A stretch of DNA of 48,731 nucleotides from a virus (Duplodnaviria; Caudoviricetes), in the IMG/VR virus record IMGVR_UViG_3300020446_000016, positions 1 to 48,731 of that record, one strand, 5' to 3'. Both the position numbers and the translations under genes were made by a program. Below are positions 27,041-37,257 of the stretch, one piece after another (position 1 is the stretch's first letter; every line of letters begins with the position of its first letter). The notes beneath the pieces were generated by a model. The model did no database searches, was not told the origin of the DNA, and was given only the letters and a program-made list of their open reading frames with translations.

Positions 27041-30000
27041 ATGGCTAAACAAAAGATTGATAGTTATATATTTCAAAACGGTATTCCTTTAAGTGGCAAC
27101 CGTTTTCCTGATTCATACCATTTGATTCAGCAGAATGTGAACTTCATTGCAGAAGAAGTAAATGCTTGGATTAATTTTAAAATTACTCAAGCGGCTTCTT
27201 ATACAGTTACAGATGCAACTTACAATTCTGCAGATGGAACAGTAATTGCAACAATAGGTTCTCATACTTTTGAACCACATGATTGGATTAGATTTGCAGA
27301 TGCAAATGCTATTACAATGAATCCACCATTACCGACTGGTTATCACAATAACGTTACTGAAATAACAGCAACTACTACAACAACTATTAGTTTTAAAATA
27401 ATGGGTGGTAGTGGTACTTACTCATTTATATCAGGTAGCACAGACGGAATAATTAGTAACTGGACAGGTTACATAAATGACTCTCAAGAAAAATGTAAAA
27501 GAGATACACGTTATAATTTACAAGGTGTAGATGGTAACGGAGGTATGTTGTATGATTTACGTTATGGTGGTAATAGTCAAACAAGATATCTTGCAAGTAA
27601 GTATTGGATTAACAGTACTCCACAGATTGATGGAGATAGAACTACAGAGATAGCGGCAAAAAACTTTGTTGCTACAATGATCAATAATTATATTTTACCA
27701 CAAAGTGCATATACAACGAAACAAAGTCCTGTTGTTTATTCACAATATACAAACCAAGCAAAACAGTATGAACAAGGTACTGAAACTAGAATACTTGATT
27801 CTGTTGCAATTTTAACAGACGTAATTTTAAATGGTTTAGATAATGTTCCTGCATTGGACAGAGCAAAAATTTCACAGGTAAGAATCCAAACAAGGGTTCC
27901 GTCAAATGATTTACTTTTAATTACAGACACAACTAACAACGAAGTTTTATTTAACTTTAGTGATCCTGAATTAGGTGCGTCTGTAACTTTCCAAGTTGAT
28001 GATGCAGAACTTTTAACAAAAGGTAGAGAAGATGATTTTCCAGCGTTCTTAGAAAGAACAGGAACAATTTCAACTATATTTCTAAATAAAGATACAGACA
28101 ACAGAGAGTATTCACCTAATGCAGTTGCAGTAATTAATGCAAATAAAAACTTTATTAGCAAAGAAGCAACGGCTTGGCAAAACAGTCAAATTGCATCAGC
28201 AGAGTCTGGTTCAACTTGGGATGGTTATACTTTTAATACAGTACTTTTTGAATCAACAATGCAGAATGAAATTGATGGCATAGTTCATGATATCAAATAT
28301 GGCGGTAATGAAAAAACAAGAAACAATGCAAGTTCATTTTGGATTCAAACAATGCCACAAATTACAGGAACAAGAACTCCTGAAGTAGCAGTAAGAAACT
28401 TTGTAAGAGATTTAATTAACAATTATGTACTTAAGAATACAACTTATACAACAGAACAGTCTGGTGTTGGTGCAGTAGCACAAAATACAATTCTAACTCT
28501 TGCTGAAGAAGGTGTAAGTACAAGAATAACAGATTCATATCACATTCTTACAAATGTTATAACAAACGGATTAGGTGTTTTACCTGTAGAAGAAAAAACG
28601 CCAATTTATTCATTAAATGATGATATACAAATTTTTATTGACCAAGGAGAATTAAGAACTAGACCATATGATTTTGGTACTGATGCTATTGAACGTCAAA
28701 GAGTTTCTAATTCAATCTCCATGCTTGATGCTGACTTTGAGTATGGGTTACAGCCTACGAAGTGGCAAGCGATTGCTATGCAAAGAGGTTATCCAAGTAT
28801 ATATGAAGTACCAGGTACTGATAAAGAAGTACAATCAGTTGTTACTGATGCATCGCAAGGTACAGGTGGTATTGGTCAAAGTTTAATTACTGTAACAACT
28901 ATAGGTGCTCATGGAATTGATTCAGGTACTCCAATTACAATTAAAGCACTTGAAAACAGTATTCAAGGGGCAAGTAGAGCAGAAGGTTCGTTCATTGTTT
29001 CTACTGTGCCAACAAATAATACATTTACGTATTTTGCTAAATCAAAAGTTGGTACAGCAAATGGACAAGTGCTATCAACATTTTATACACAATTAAGAGA
29101 AGCAGGATTTTACACAGGTGCGGCGATTGGTGCTCCAACATTTACTATTGCATCACAAGGTTCAGCAGGTGTATTTTATAACCCATTAACAGCACCAATA
29201 GGATCAGACAAAATTACATTTAACGGAACACAACCAGAAACAGGTGCTCCGGTTATTACTGAAATAGGACAAATTGTTACTATTAATACATTTAGTGCCG
29301 CTGATCCAAGTAGAACAGCAGGTACATATAATAATGTTACAGGTACATCAAGTAGTGTAGCACAAGATTTAATTGCTGGTACTTACAATATAACCATTGA
29401 TGGATCAGGTGCAGTAACGGCTCATACAGTTGTTACAGGTGGTAGACGTAACCAAGTTGGTGATACTATCACAGTTACAGATGCACAACTAGGTGGCGGT
29501 GGTGCCGCAGACTTAACATTCTTAGTTGCTAGTATTACGCAAATAACAGGTGTACCAAGTGGTGCTCAGGTTACAAGTACACAAGGTTCAGGTGGTGTAA
29601 TTAGCACGTTAACAACAGTAGGTGATTATGCAAGTGGAGTTAATGCATTAACGGTTGCAGATGCTACAGGTATTTTACCAGGTCAGGCTATTGACAGAGG
29701 TGATGGTACTGCTATACACGTTTCAACTGTTGTTGGACAAACAATTAATTTCGACGGTAATACTGCAACAGCATTAACAGGAAACAATACAACATATACA
29801 AATATTTCTGGATCTAATTATCAATCATCAGGCTTTGGTGCAACTTTTGATGTATCAAGAGCAGGTGGTGTATATACTGTGACTCTTAATACAGCAGGAC
29901 AAGATTTTGAAGTAGGTGATGTACTTACAATCCAAGGTGATATGGTTGGCGGTGTTGCTGGTGTTAACGATGTACGTATTGAAGTAACTGGCGTTTTATC

Positions 30001-33000
30001 AGCAGGTGATATTAGCACATTTAATTCAACAGGTACAGCATTTGACGGTAACGCATCGTTTACTAATCAGTCAGGAACTAATTTAAACGGACAAGGTGCA
30101 GGAGCAATTTTTGATGTTTCTTATAACGCCAATGTTTATAGTGCAACTTTAAAACCAGGATTTTATGCAAACGTTGGAACAGGTGTAACACAAGGTGGAG
30201 CAGGAAGTGGTGCAACTTGGGACGTAGTTCTTTCTACAAATAATTATACTGTACAACAAGCAACAGGAAGTGCAAGTACAGGTTATGTTATTGGAGATGT
30301 AATAAGAATTAGTGGAGCATTCTTTGGTGGTGCAGATGGTACAAATGATCTAGATATCACAGTAACAGGTGTTGGCATTAGTGGTGATATTACAAGTTTT
30401 AGTTCTGCAGGAACTGGACCAGATGCAACGGCAAACTTTGCTGATCCAAACTATTCAACAAGTTCAATTGGTACTGGTGCAGAAATTAATGTTCAGTTTA
30501 CAGGTTCAACTTATAGTGTAAGTATTGTTGATGGTGGATCAGGTTATTCACAAAATGATACACTTACAATTTCAGGTTCAGACTTAGGTGGTACTGATCC
30601 TGCAAACAATGCCACAGTTACTATTGATTCCGTTGACGGTTCAGGAGTTGCTCTTTCGGCAACTATTTCAGGTACGGCAGTAAACTCAGCAAGTTATACT
30701 AATATAACAAGTGGTGTAAATGTTGTTGGTGATGCGGCAACATTTGATGTAACTCAAAACTTTAATGGAACATATTCAATAGCAGTTGGTAACTCACCAG
30801 GATCTAATTATGCTGTAAATAATACAATAGTTATTCCAGGTTCAGACTTAGGTGGAGTAACACCTGCAAACGATTTAACAGTGACAGTAACAACTGTAGA
30901 TACAGCAGGTTCAATTACAGGAGCAACTGCGGCAGGTACGGCGGCGCCAGTGACAAACAATTATGCGGCTGGTGATAGATTGAAAATTTTAGGTAGTACT
31001 TTATTAGGTACAGATGTAACCAACGATGCAATTATTGAAATACAATCAGTCAACTCTGGAGAAATAAACACTTACGCAATTACAGGTACAGGTCCAGATG
31101 CATCTGAAACTTATACAGATGTTGCTTACACATATAACGGTGCAGGTGGATCAACAGCAGGATTTAGTGTAACTAGAACTGGTACAAGTTATAGTGTACA
31201 AATTACAGCGGCTGGTACAGGTTATCTTGCAACAGAATCATTTACAGTGGCAGGAGATGTCTTAGGTGGTGCGACTCCAGCCAATGATGCAACAATAACT
31301 GTACAAACTATTGGAGCATCAGGAGAAATTTTAACTGCAACTATTGGCGGTACTGCGGCTAATACAAAAACAATTACAAATATAAGTCAGTCAAGCGGAC
31401 AAATAATTGCAATGGCTGGTAGTTTAGCAACGTTTGATATTACAATTACAAACGGTACTTATAGTGCAAGTATTAATGCTCCGGGACAAGATTATTTTGC
31501 TAATCAAAGTATTAAATTCTTAGGTACAACATTAAGTGGTGTAAGTCCTACAAACGATTTAACAATTACTATCTCAACTGTAGATGGTACAGGTGGAATC
31601 ACAGGAATTACAATAGCAGGTACTGGACCTTCAGGCTCAGGAAGTTATACTAACTTGGCCGCGAATGCTTTACAAAACTTTGGTACAAGTGCAACATTTA
31701 ATATTCTTAGACAAAGTGGTGTATATGCAACACCAACTATTGTTGTTGACGGTGAAAACTATGTTGCAGGAAATAAAATTAAAGTCCTTGGTACAGACTT
31801 AGGTGGTACTACACCAATTAACGATGCAATCATAACTATTACAGCAGTCTCAACTGATGGTAGTATTACTAGTGCAAGTATGTCAGGTACAGCAGTAAAC
31901 GGAGATGTTGTACAAACATTTAGTACTGTAACAATTTCAGAGATACTTACAGGAAACATTACAACTAATACTACATTGGCGTTCGCGGCATTGGCAACAG
32001 TTGACGTATCATTTACTTCTGCACACGGACTAGTACCAGGGGATTCATTTATAATTACAGTTGGTAGTGATGATGGTGTAAACAATCACACATTGTTAGA
32101 AGGACCATTCTTTGCAACACAGGTACCAACCAGTACAAGTTTAAGATATCAGTGTAGAGCACCAGGTGCCATTACTGATACTAATGATATTACAGCAACA
32201 ATTTATCCAAGACCAGATGCATTCTTTATTCACAGACCATATGATGGTGGTGTTCAATTAGGAACAGGTGGACCACAACACGGTGCTCAAGCAATTAGAC
32301 AGAGTAAAAAATATATTAGATACCAGTCAGGTAAAGGTATCATGTATACAACTGGTGCCTTGTTTGCTCCAAGTTATGATTTATTAGAAGTTACAGCAGA
32401 TGACGTAACAACGGGATCATTTATTAACGTAACCACAGACGATGTAGATCATGGATTACAAGTAGGTGGATATATTAAATTAATTGGTATTGAAACTCCA
32501 GGTTATAATGGAGAATATTCAGTAGCAAGTATTGTAAGTGAACGTACATTTAGAGTTATTGCAACAACAGGACTAGGATCAACGACTCCAGTATTAAGTC
32601 CAAGAGCACAGGTTTCATTGTTAAATTGGCACGGTGCAACTGTACGTTCAGGAACTTTTGATGATCAGAATGGTATCTTCCAAGAATACGATGGTACAAA
32701 CTTTAACTCAGTACAAAGAACAGCAACACTACAATTAGCAGGTACTATTAACATTAATGTAGACAGTAACTTATGTAGTGGTACAGGAACAAGATTTAGA
32801 GATCAATTAAAAGCAGGTGATGTTGTTGTTATTAAAGGAATGACACACGTTGTATCACTTGTTGAAAACAATACTACGATGTATGTTACACCTGACTTTA
32901 GAGGTGTAAGTAATGTAACAGGTTGTAAGATTTGTTTAGTTGCTGATAAGAAAACTAAACAAGCAGACTTTAACAAAGATACACTAGACGGCTTTGGTTC

Positions 33001-34630
33001 GTCAGGTTATATCATGGACATCTCCAAGATGCAGATGATTGGAATTCAGTACAGTTGGTACGGTGCTGGATTTATTGATTGGATGTTAAGAGGTGATGAT
33101 GGTAACTTTATTTTCTATCATAGAATGAGAAATTCAAACGTAAACACAGAAGCATTTATGCGTACAGGAAATATGCCTGTTCGTTATGAAGTAAGTAACT
33201 ATGGTCCAAACGATAGTTTAGCGGCAGACATGGATGATTCACAAACTACTGTACCATTGTTTGATGCTTCATTCTTCCCACCAAACGGAGGAACAGTATA
33301 CGTTGACAACGAAATGATTTCTTATACAGGTGTTAACGGAGATACATTAACAGGTTGTACTAGATCAGCACCAATGAGTAACTATGCCGCTGGTGCGAAT
33401 AGAACTTATACAGCAGGAACGGCCGCGGCACATACACAACGTACAGGTGTAATTTTAATTAGTAATACTATTAGTCCAATTATTTCACACTGGGGATCAG
33501 CGTTCCAAACAGACGGCGGATTTGATAGTGATAGAGGTTATATCTTCTCATATACTTCAACTGGTAACGAAATTAGTGGTACAAGAAACACGGTGTTTAT
33601 GTTAAGACTAGCACCTAGTGTATCAAATGCTATTACAGGTGACTTAGGTGAAAGAGAACTACTTAACAGAGCACAATTATTACTTGAAGGTATTGAGATT
33701 ACATCAGACGGTGAGGATAATAGTAATAACACAATCAAAGGCGGAATTGTTGTTGAAGGTATTCTAAATCCACAAAACTATCCAGTTGATCCTGGATCAG
33801 TTGGTTGGACAGGACTAACAGGTTCTGCACAAGGTGGCCAACCAAGTTTTGCACAGATTGCCCCGGGTGGTGGTGTTACTTGGACAACTGGTGCAACTCA
33901 GACAGTTACTAACGTAACAGTACAAGCGGCACTTACAGATACAGCGGCGTCACTATATAATAGAAACAATACAACATATCATTATGTAAGTTCGTCAAAC
34001 TGGAATGCATTGAACAATACAGTTGGAGTTGGTACTTCAGTAACTGGACAGTTTCCAAGTGGTACAATCATTACAGAAGTTAGAGATGAATATTGGTACA
34101 GTAGAATTAGATTTAGAACAAACAACAGAAATAACACAGGTATAACTGCTGGTCAAAACTACACATTCTCAATTGGTGGAGCAGTAACTAATGCATCAGT
34201 GTTAAACATTACTAAAGCAAGTTGGGATGCCTCAGGTGCTATTGCAGGTCAAGAGGTTCAAGATGCTAAATTCCCGGCTGGTACTTATGTTGGTGGTGTA
34301 CAACTTAAATCATTTGGTGGTACAGAATACTACGAAGTTTCATTTACACAGAGTTCGACTGCACAAATAAGTCCAGGTGATACAGTTGGCTTACTATTTG
34401 GTCAACCACCGTATGCACAACCAGGTGAAACAGTATTTTCATTTATTGCACAACCGGGTGAAGTATCGATGTTAGATTTAAGTACCTTGAAAGAGTTAAC
34501 AAATACTACACTAGGTGGTAGAGGTACATTCCCGAACGGTCCAGACGTTCTTGCAATTAACGTTTATAAATCAGGCGGTGTAAGTACAACAGCGAATATT
34601 ATTCTTCGTTGGTCTGAGGCGCAGGCGTAG
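27041..34630 (+). CDS. Very large modular virion structural protein (baseplate/fibre)
   Basis: 2529 aa, Gly/Thr/Ser-rich. DAIERQRVS..SMLDADFEYGLQPTKW, RQSKKYIRYQSGKG, QYSWYGAG, NMPVRYE motifs of T4-like marine phage structural proteins; two helical modules; 8 tandem beta repeats. Confidence 0.75.
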   Translation: MAKQKIDSYIFQNGIPLSGNRFPDSYHLIQQNVNFIAEEVNAWINFKITQAASYTVTDATYNSADGTVIATIGSHTFEPHDWIRFADANAITMNPPLPTGYHNNVTEITATTTTTISFKIMGGSGTYSFISGSTDGIISNWTGYINDSQEKCKRDTRYNLQGVDGNGGMLYDLRYGGNSQTRYLASKYWINSTPQIDGDRTTEIAAKNFVATMINNYILPQSAYTTKQSPVVYSQYTNQAKQYEQGTETRILDSVAILTDVILNGLDNVPALDRAKISQVRIQTRVPSNDLLLITDTTNNEVLFNFSDPELGASVTFQVDDAELLTKGREDDFPAFLERTGTISTIFLNKDTDNREYSPNAVAVINANKNFISKEATAWQNSQIASAESGSTWDGYTFNTVLFESTMQNEIDGIVHDIKYGGNEKTRNNASSFWIQTMPQITGTRTPEVAVRNFVRDLINNYVLKNTTYTTEQSGVGAVAQNTILTLAEEGVSTRITDSYHILTNVITNGLGVLPVEEKTPIYSLNDDIQIFIDQGELRTRPYDFGTDAIERQRVSNSISMLDADFEYGLQPTKWQAIAMQRGYPSIYEVPGTDKEVQSVVTDASQGTGGIGQSLITVTTIGAHGIDSGTPITIKALENSIQGASRAEGSFIVSTVPTNNTFTYFAKSKVGTANGQVLSTFYTQLREAGFYTGAAIGAPTFTIASQGSAGVFYNPLTAPIGSDKITFNGTQPETGAPVITEIGQIVTINTFSAADPSRTAGTYNNVTGTSSSVAQDLIAGTYNITIDGSGAVTAHTVVTGGRRNQVGDTITVTDAQLGGGGAADLTFLVASITQITGVPSGAQVTSTQGSGGVISTLTTVGDYASGVNALTVADATGILPGQAIDRGDGTAIHVSTVVGQTINFDGNTATALTGNNTTYTNISGSNYQSSGFGATFDVSRAGGVYTVTLNTAGQDFEVGDVLTIQGDMVGGVAGVNDVRIEVTGVLSAGDISTFNSTGTAFDGNASFTNQSGTNLNGQGAGAIFDVSYNANVYSATLKPGFYANVGTGVTQGGAGSGATWDVVLSTNNYTVQQATGSASTGYVIGDVIRISGAFFGGADGTNDLDITVTGVGISGDITSFSSAGTGPDATANFADPNYSTSSIGTGAEINVQFTGSTYSVSIVDGGSGYSQNDTLTISGSDLGGTDPANNATVTIDSVDGSGVALSATISGTAVNSASYTNITSGVNVVGDAATFDVTQNFNGTYSIAVGNSPGSNYAVNNTIVIPGSDLGGVTPANDLTVTVTTVDTAGSITGATAAGTAAPVTNNYAAGDRLKILGSTLLGTDVTNDAIIEIQSVNSGEINTYAITGTGPDASETYTDVAYTYNGAGGSTAGFSVTRTGTSYSVQITAAGTGYLATESFTVAGDVLGGATPANDATITVQTIGASGEILTATIGGTAANTKTITNISQSSGQIIAMAGSLATFDITITNGTYSASINAPGQDYFANQSIKFLGTTLSGVSPTNDLTITISTVDGTGGITGITIAGTGPSGSGSYTNLAANALQNFGTSATFNILRQSGVYATPTIVVDGENYVAGNKIKVLGTDLGGTTPINDAIITITAVSTDGSITSASMSGTAVNGDVVQTFSTVTISEILTGNITTNTTLAFAALATVDVSFTSAHGLVPGDSFIITVGSDDGVNNHTLLEGPFFATQVPTSTSLRYQCRAPGAITDTNDITATIYPRPDAFFIHRPYDGGVQLGTGGPQHGAQAIRQSKKYIRYQSGKGIMYTTGALFAPSYDLLEVTADDVTTGSFINVTTDDVDHGLQVGGYIKLIGIETPGYNGEYSVASIVSERTFRVIATTGLGSTTPVLSPRAQVSLLNWHGATVRSGTFDDQNGIFQEYDGTNFNSVQRTATLQLAGTININVDSNLCSGTGTRFRDQLKAGDVVVIKGMTHVVSLVENNTTMYVTPDFRGVSNVTGCKICLVADKKTKQADFNKDTLDGFGSSGYIMDISKMQMIGIQYSWYGAGFIDWMLRGDDGNFIFYHRMRNSNVNTEAFMRTGNMPVRYEVSNYGPNDSLAADMDDSQTTVPLFDASFFPPNGGTVYVDNEMISYTGVNGDTLTGCTRSAPMSNYAAGANRTYTAGTAAAHTQRTGVILISNTISPIISHWGSAFQTDGGFDSDRGYIFSYTSTGNEISGTRNTVFMLRLAPSVSNAITGDLGERELLNRAQLLLEGIEITSDGEDNSNNTIKGGIVVEGILNPQNYPVDPGSVGWTGLTGSAQGGQPSFAQIAPGGGVTWTTGATQTVTNVTVQAALTDTAASLYNRNNTTYHYVSSSNWNALNNTVGVGTSVTGQFPSGTIITEVRDEYWYSRIRFRTNNRNNTGITAGQNYTFSIGGAVTNASVLNITKASWDASGAIAGQEVQDAKFPAGTYVGGVQLKSFGGTEYYEVSFTQSSTAQISPGDTVGLLFGQPPYAQPGETVFSFIAQPGEVSMLDLSTLKELTNTTLGGRGTFPNGPDVLAINVYKSGGVSTTANIILRWSEAQA
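29790..31895 (+). repeat. Eight ~85-90-aa beta repeats, one split by three nested units
   Basis: Consensus G.GA.F.V....Y.V....G..Y...D.I.I.G..LGG..P.ND..I.V..V...G.I.....GT. Confidence 0.7.
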
Positions 34631-35015
34631 TTTCTTCATTATTTTGTAAAGGTTGACTATCACCAGGCATTACTCTGTAATTGTCCTCAATAGAATCCGC
34701 AGTACTAACTTCACTTATTGAACTGCCATCTTCTAGTGCTTCTAATTGATGTGGTTGTAGTGGTGGGTTGTGCCAAGTATCTCCAGGCACTAATTCTTTT
34801 TGATAAAGTGTTGCAGTTTGTGTATCAATCCAACGTACAATAAATTTTCCTTGATTAACAAACCAACTTTCTGTTTTTTCTCTGTGAAAATGCATACTGA
34901 ACTTATTACCTTTTTTGGAAAAAACCATAATTTTTCCACAGTAAAGTTCATTAGTTGCCCATATTAATTCATATCCCCAACCTTTGTCTACTTTTCCACT
35001 ATGTCTAGCAGGCAT
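34599..35015 (-). CDS. Cupin-fold protein (sugar-phosphate isomerase-like)
   Basis: VDKGWGYELIW...YCGK...FSMHFHREKTESW...WHNPPLQPHQL...EVST...DNYR: cupin metal motifs HxH...E and H. Confidence 0.8.
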   Translation of the reverse strand: MPARHSGKVDKGWGYELIWATNELYCGKIMVFSKKGNKFSMHFHREKTESWFVNQGKFIVRWIDTQTATLYQKELVPGDTWHNPPLQPHQLEALEDGSSISEVSTADSIEDNYRVMPGDSQPLQNNEETTPAPQTNEE

Positions 35016-35823
35016 TAATATACTCCTCGATAGTCTTAAACTTATAGTCGCCTATAGTATTAATTAGTTTATCTGTGTTTGCTTCAGTATAGTATTGATA
35101 TTGACCAATTAATTCTTTTGGCATTGGTATTTCTTCTATTTTGGCATTGTGTTTTTCAGCATATAATTTAGCAATATCCATAAATGATCTTGCTTTGCCT
35201 GTACCTATATTCCAAATATCTGTACAATCTACATCAATAAATTTTTCAATTATTTGACATACATCACCAACCCAAATAAAGTCTCTATAAATTTTATCAC
35301 TACCTTCAAATACTTTAATTACACCATTTTCTTTTGCTTGTTTTTCAAACTTACCAAACACACTTTGTTGTTCACCTTTGTGTTCTTCGCCTGGACCATA
35401 CACATTAAACAAACGCATACCTTGAATATTACAAGTATATTCTGGAATTTCCATTACTGATCTATCAAATAAATATTTTGTCCATGCATATCCGTTTGTA
35501 GGATTTTTAGGACTGTTTTCAATAAATTCTTTATTGAGTCCATATACACTTGCACTTGAGGCATATATCATTGATGTTCCAAATTTATCACAGGTTTGTA
35601 AAAGACGCATACTAAATTCATAGTTTTGCAACATTAACTTTTCTGTATCTCTTTCTGTTGTACTGCTAATAGCACCTAAATGAATTACCCTATCATATGG
35701 TGATGGGTCAGGCAAAACATTTGGAACATATTCAAAACCTTCAACTTTGTGGCCTTTACTTACTAGATAACCACCTAAGTGTTTTCCTATAAAACCTTCA
35801 TGTCCTGTAATTAATATTTTCAT
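35005..35823 (-). CDS. hldD: ADP-L-glycero-D-manno-heptose 6-epimerase
   Basis: TGHEGFIG, HLGAISSTTE, YASSASVYG, YxxxK (YAWTK), RLFNVYGPGEEHKG, RDFIWVGDV, NIGTGKARSF, YQYYTEA; colinear with HldD/RfaD motifs and close to hldE. Confidence 0.88.
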   Translation of the reverse strand: MKILITGHEGFIGKHLGGYLVSKGHKVEGFEYVPNVLPDPSPYDRVIHLGAISSTTERDTEKLMLQNYEFSMRLLQTCDKFGTSMIYASSASVYGLNKEFIENSPKNPTNGYAWTKYLFDRSVMEIPEYTCNIQGMRLFNVYGPGEEHKGEQQSVFGKFEKQAKENGVIKVFEGSDKIYRDFIWVGDVCQIIEKFIDVDCTDIWNIGTGKARSFMDIAKLYAEKHNAKIEEIPMPKELIGQYQYYTEANTDKLINTIGDYKFKTIEEYINAC

Positions 35824-36014
35824 TAATCTTTGCCTTCTTTAGAAATATCATCAATGCGTTTTGTGGTTGTATCTTTGCTGAATGAAGCCGCAACAAAACT
35901 AGCGGCCGCTAACATAGGAATAGTATACACCATTTTATCTGTCATATATGCAACAAAGTATGTTGGTACTAAAACTATCACTGCTTGAATTAATCCAATT
36001 TTATATTTTTTCAT
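35823..36014 (-). CDS. Small membrane protein with two hydrophobic segments
   Basis: 63 aa; overlaps both neighbours in the same orientation; Ala-Ala codon choice matches real genes of this genome. Confidence 0.6.
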   Translation of the reverse strand: MKKYKIGLIQAVIVLVPTYFVAYMTDKMVYTIPMLAAASFVAASFSKDTTTKRIDDISKEGKD

Positions 36015-37257
36015 TTAACTTTTCTATTGTTTCTGTTGTGCTATATCCTTCTACTATCGGAAAGATTTCTACTCTTGCAATTTCATGACCAACTACTGTT
36101 TCAACAGTATAATCACCACCCTTTACAATGATATCTGGTTTAATATTGAGTATTTCATCTATTGGTGTATCATTATCAAATATAACAACTTCGTCAATAA
36201 ATCCTAATTGTTCTAGTTGTTCTTTGCGTTTGAATTCATCGTTAATGGGTCTTAAATCGCCTTTTAAACGTTTTACTGAAGCATCGCTGTTAATACCCAC
36301 AATTAGGCGTTTACCAAGCGTAGCGGCGTGTCTAAGTAGTTTTAAATGGCCAGTATGCAGTATATCAAACACTCCATTAGTCCATACAACACCACGATTC
36401 AAATCATCTTTGGTTACAACTGTTACACCTCTTTTTTCTACAACTCTAGATGCACCATAACAAGCAAGAGCACATGAGTCAGGTACTGATTTACCTTGAT
36501 TTATACCATGTGCAATAATGGCCATAACAGTATCTCCTGCTCCTGAAACATCAGCAACTTCTTGAACTTCTTCTTGTATATGCCAATTTTGTTCTGCATT
36601 AATTACGTGAATGCCTTCTACACCAGCAGTAACTACTAACCAATCCCATCTATATTTTCTTAAATTTTCTCTAGCAGTTTCATAATCAAATTTGCCAAAC
36701 CATTGTTCATATTCTTTCATATTTGGTTTAACTAAAAATGCTCCTGCGTAATAACCAGGTGATTGTTTTGGATCAACTAAAACTTTTGCACCTGTGTTTA
36801 ATGCTAGTGCTATTGTATTTTCTCTTACTGCTCCTTTATTATAATCACTAATTACAACTAAATCGTCTTTTTTAATATTACTGTAAAATCTTTCTAATGA
36901 GTCATTACATTCACATATTGCATCAGTATCAAATCTGCAAATTTGTTGTCCTTCTGTGCTTACAATCCTAACTTTACTTGTAGTTGTATCCATACATTTT
37001 GCAAGATATGAATTTACATCTGTGTTCATCAGTAACTCTAGTATTGTAGACCCTTGCTTGTCTCTTCCAATAGGTCCATACAAATCTACTTCACCATTAA
37101 TACTTGCTATGTTGAGTGCTAAATTTCCTGCACCACCAACATTACGTTTGTAATTTGTTTCTACTAAAACTGGTACTGGTGCTTCTGGACTAATACGGTC
37201 TACTTTTCCTATACGCCATTCGTCAAGCATTACATCACCGTAAACGATAATACTCAT
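36001..37257 (-). CDS. hldE: Bifunctional heptose-7-phosphate kinase / heptose-1-phosphate adenylyltransferase
   Basis: GDVMLD...RISPEAPVPV, GGAGN, SDYNKG, DPK, KPN..E, DVSGAGDT (PfkB domain); TNGVFDILHTGH, GINSDASVKRLKG..RPIN, KGGDY, GYSTT (nucleotidyltransferase domain). Confidence 0.95.
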   Translation of the reverse strand: MSIIVYGDVMLDEWRIGKVDRISPEAPVPVLVETNYKRNVGGAGNLALNIASINGEVDLYGPIGRDKQGSTILELLMNTDVNSYLAKCMDTTTSKVRIVSTEGQQICRFDTDAICECNDSLERFYSNIKKDDLVVISDYNKGAVRENTIALALNTGAKVLVDPKQSPGYYAGAFLVKPNMKEYEQWFGKFDYETARENLRKYRWDWLVVTAGVEGIHVINAEQNWHIQEEVQEVADVSGAGDTVMAIIAHGINQGKSVPDSCALACYGASRVVEKRGVTVVTKDDLNRGVVWTNGVFDILHTGHLKLLRHAATLGKRLIVGINSDASVKRLKGDLRPINDEFKRKEQLEQLGFIDEVVIFDNDTPIDEILNIKPDIIVKGGDYTVETVVGHEIARVEIFPIVEGYSTTETIEKLNEKI

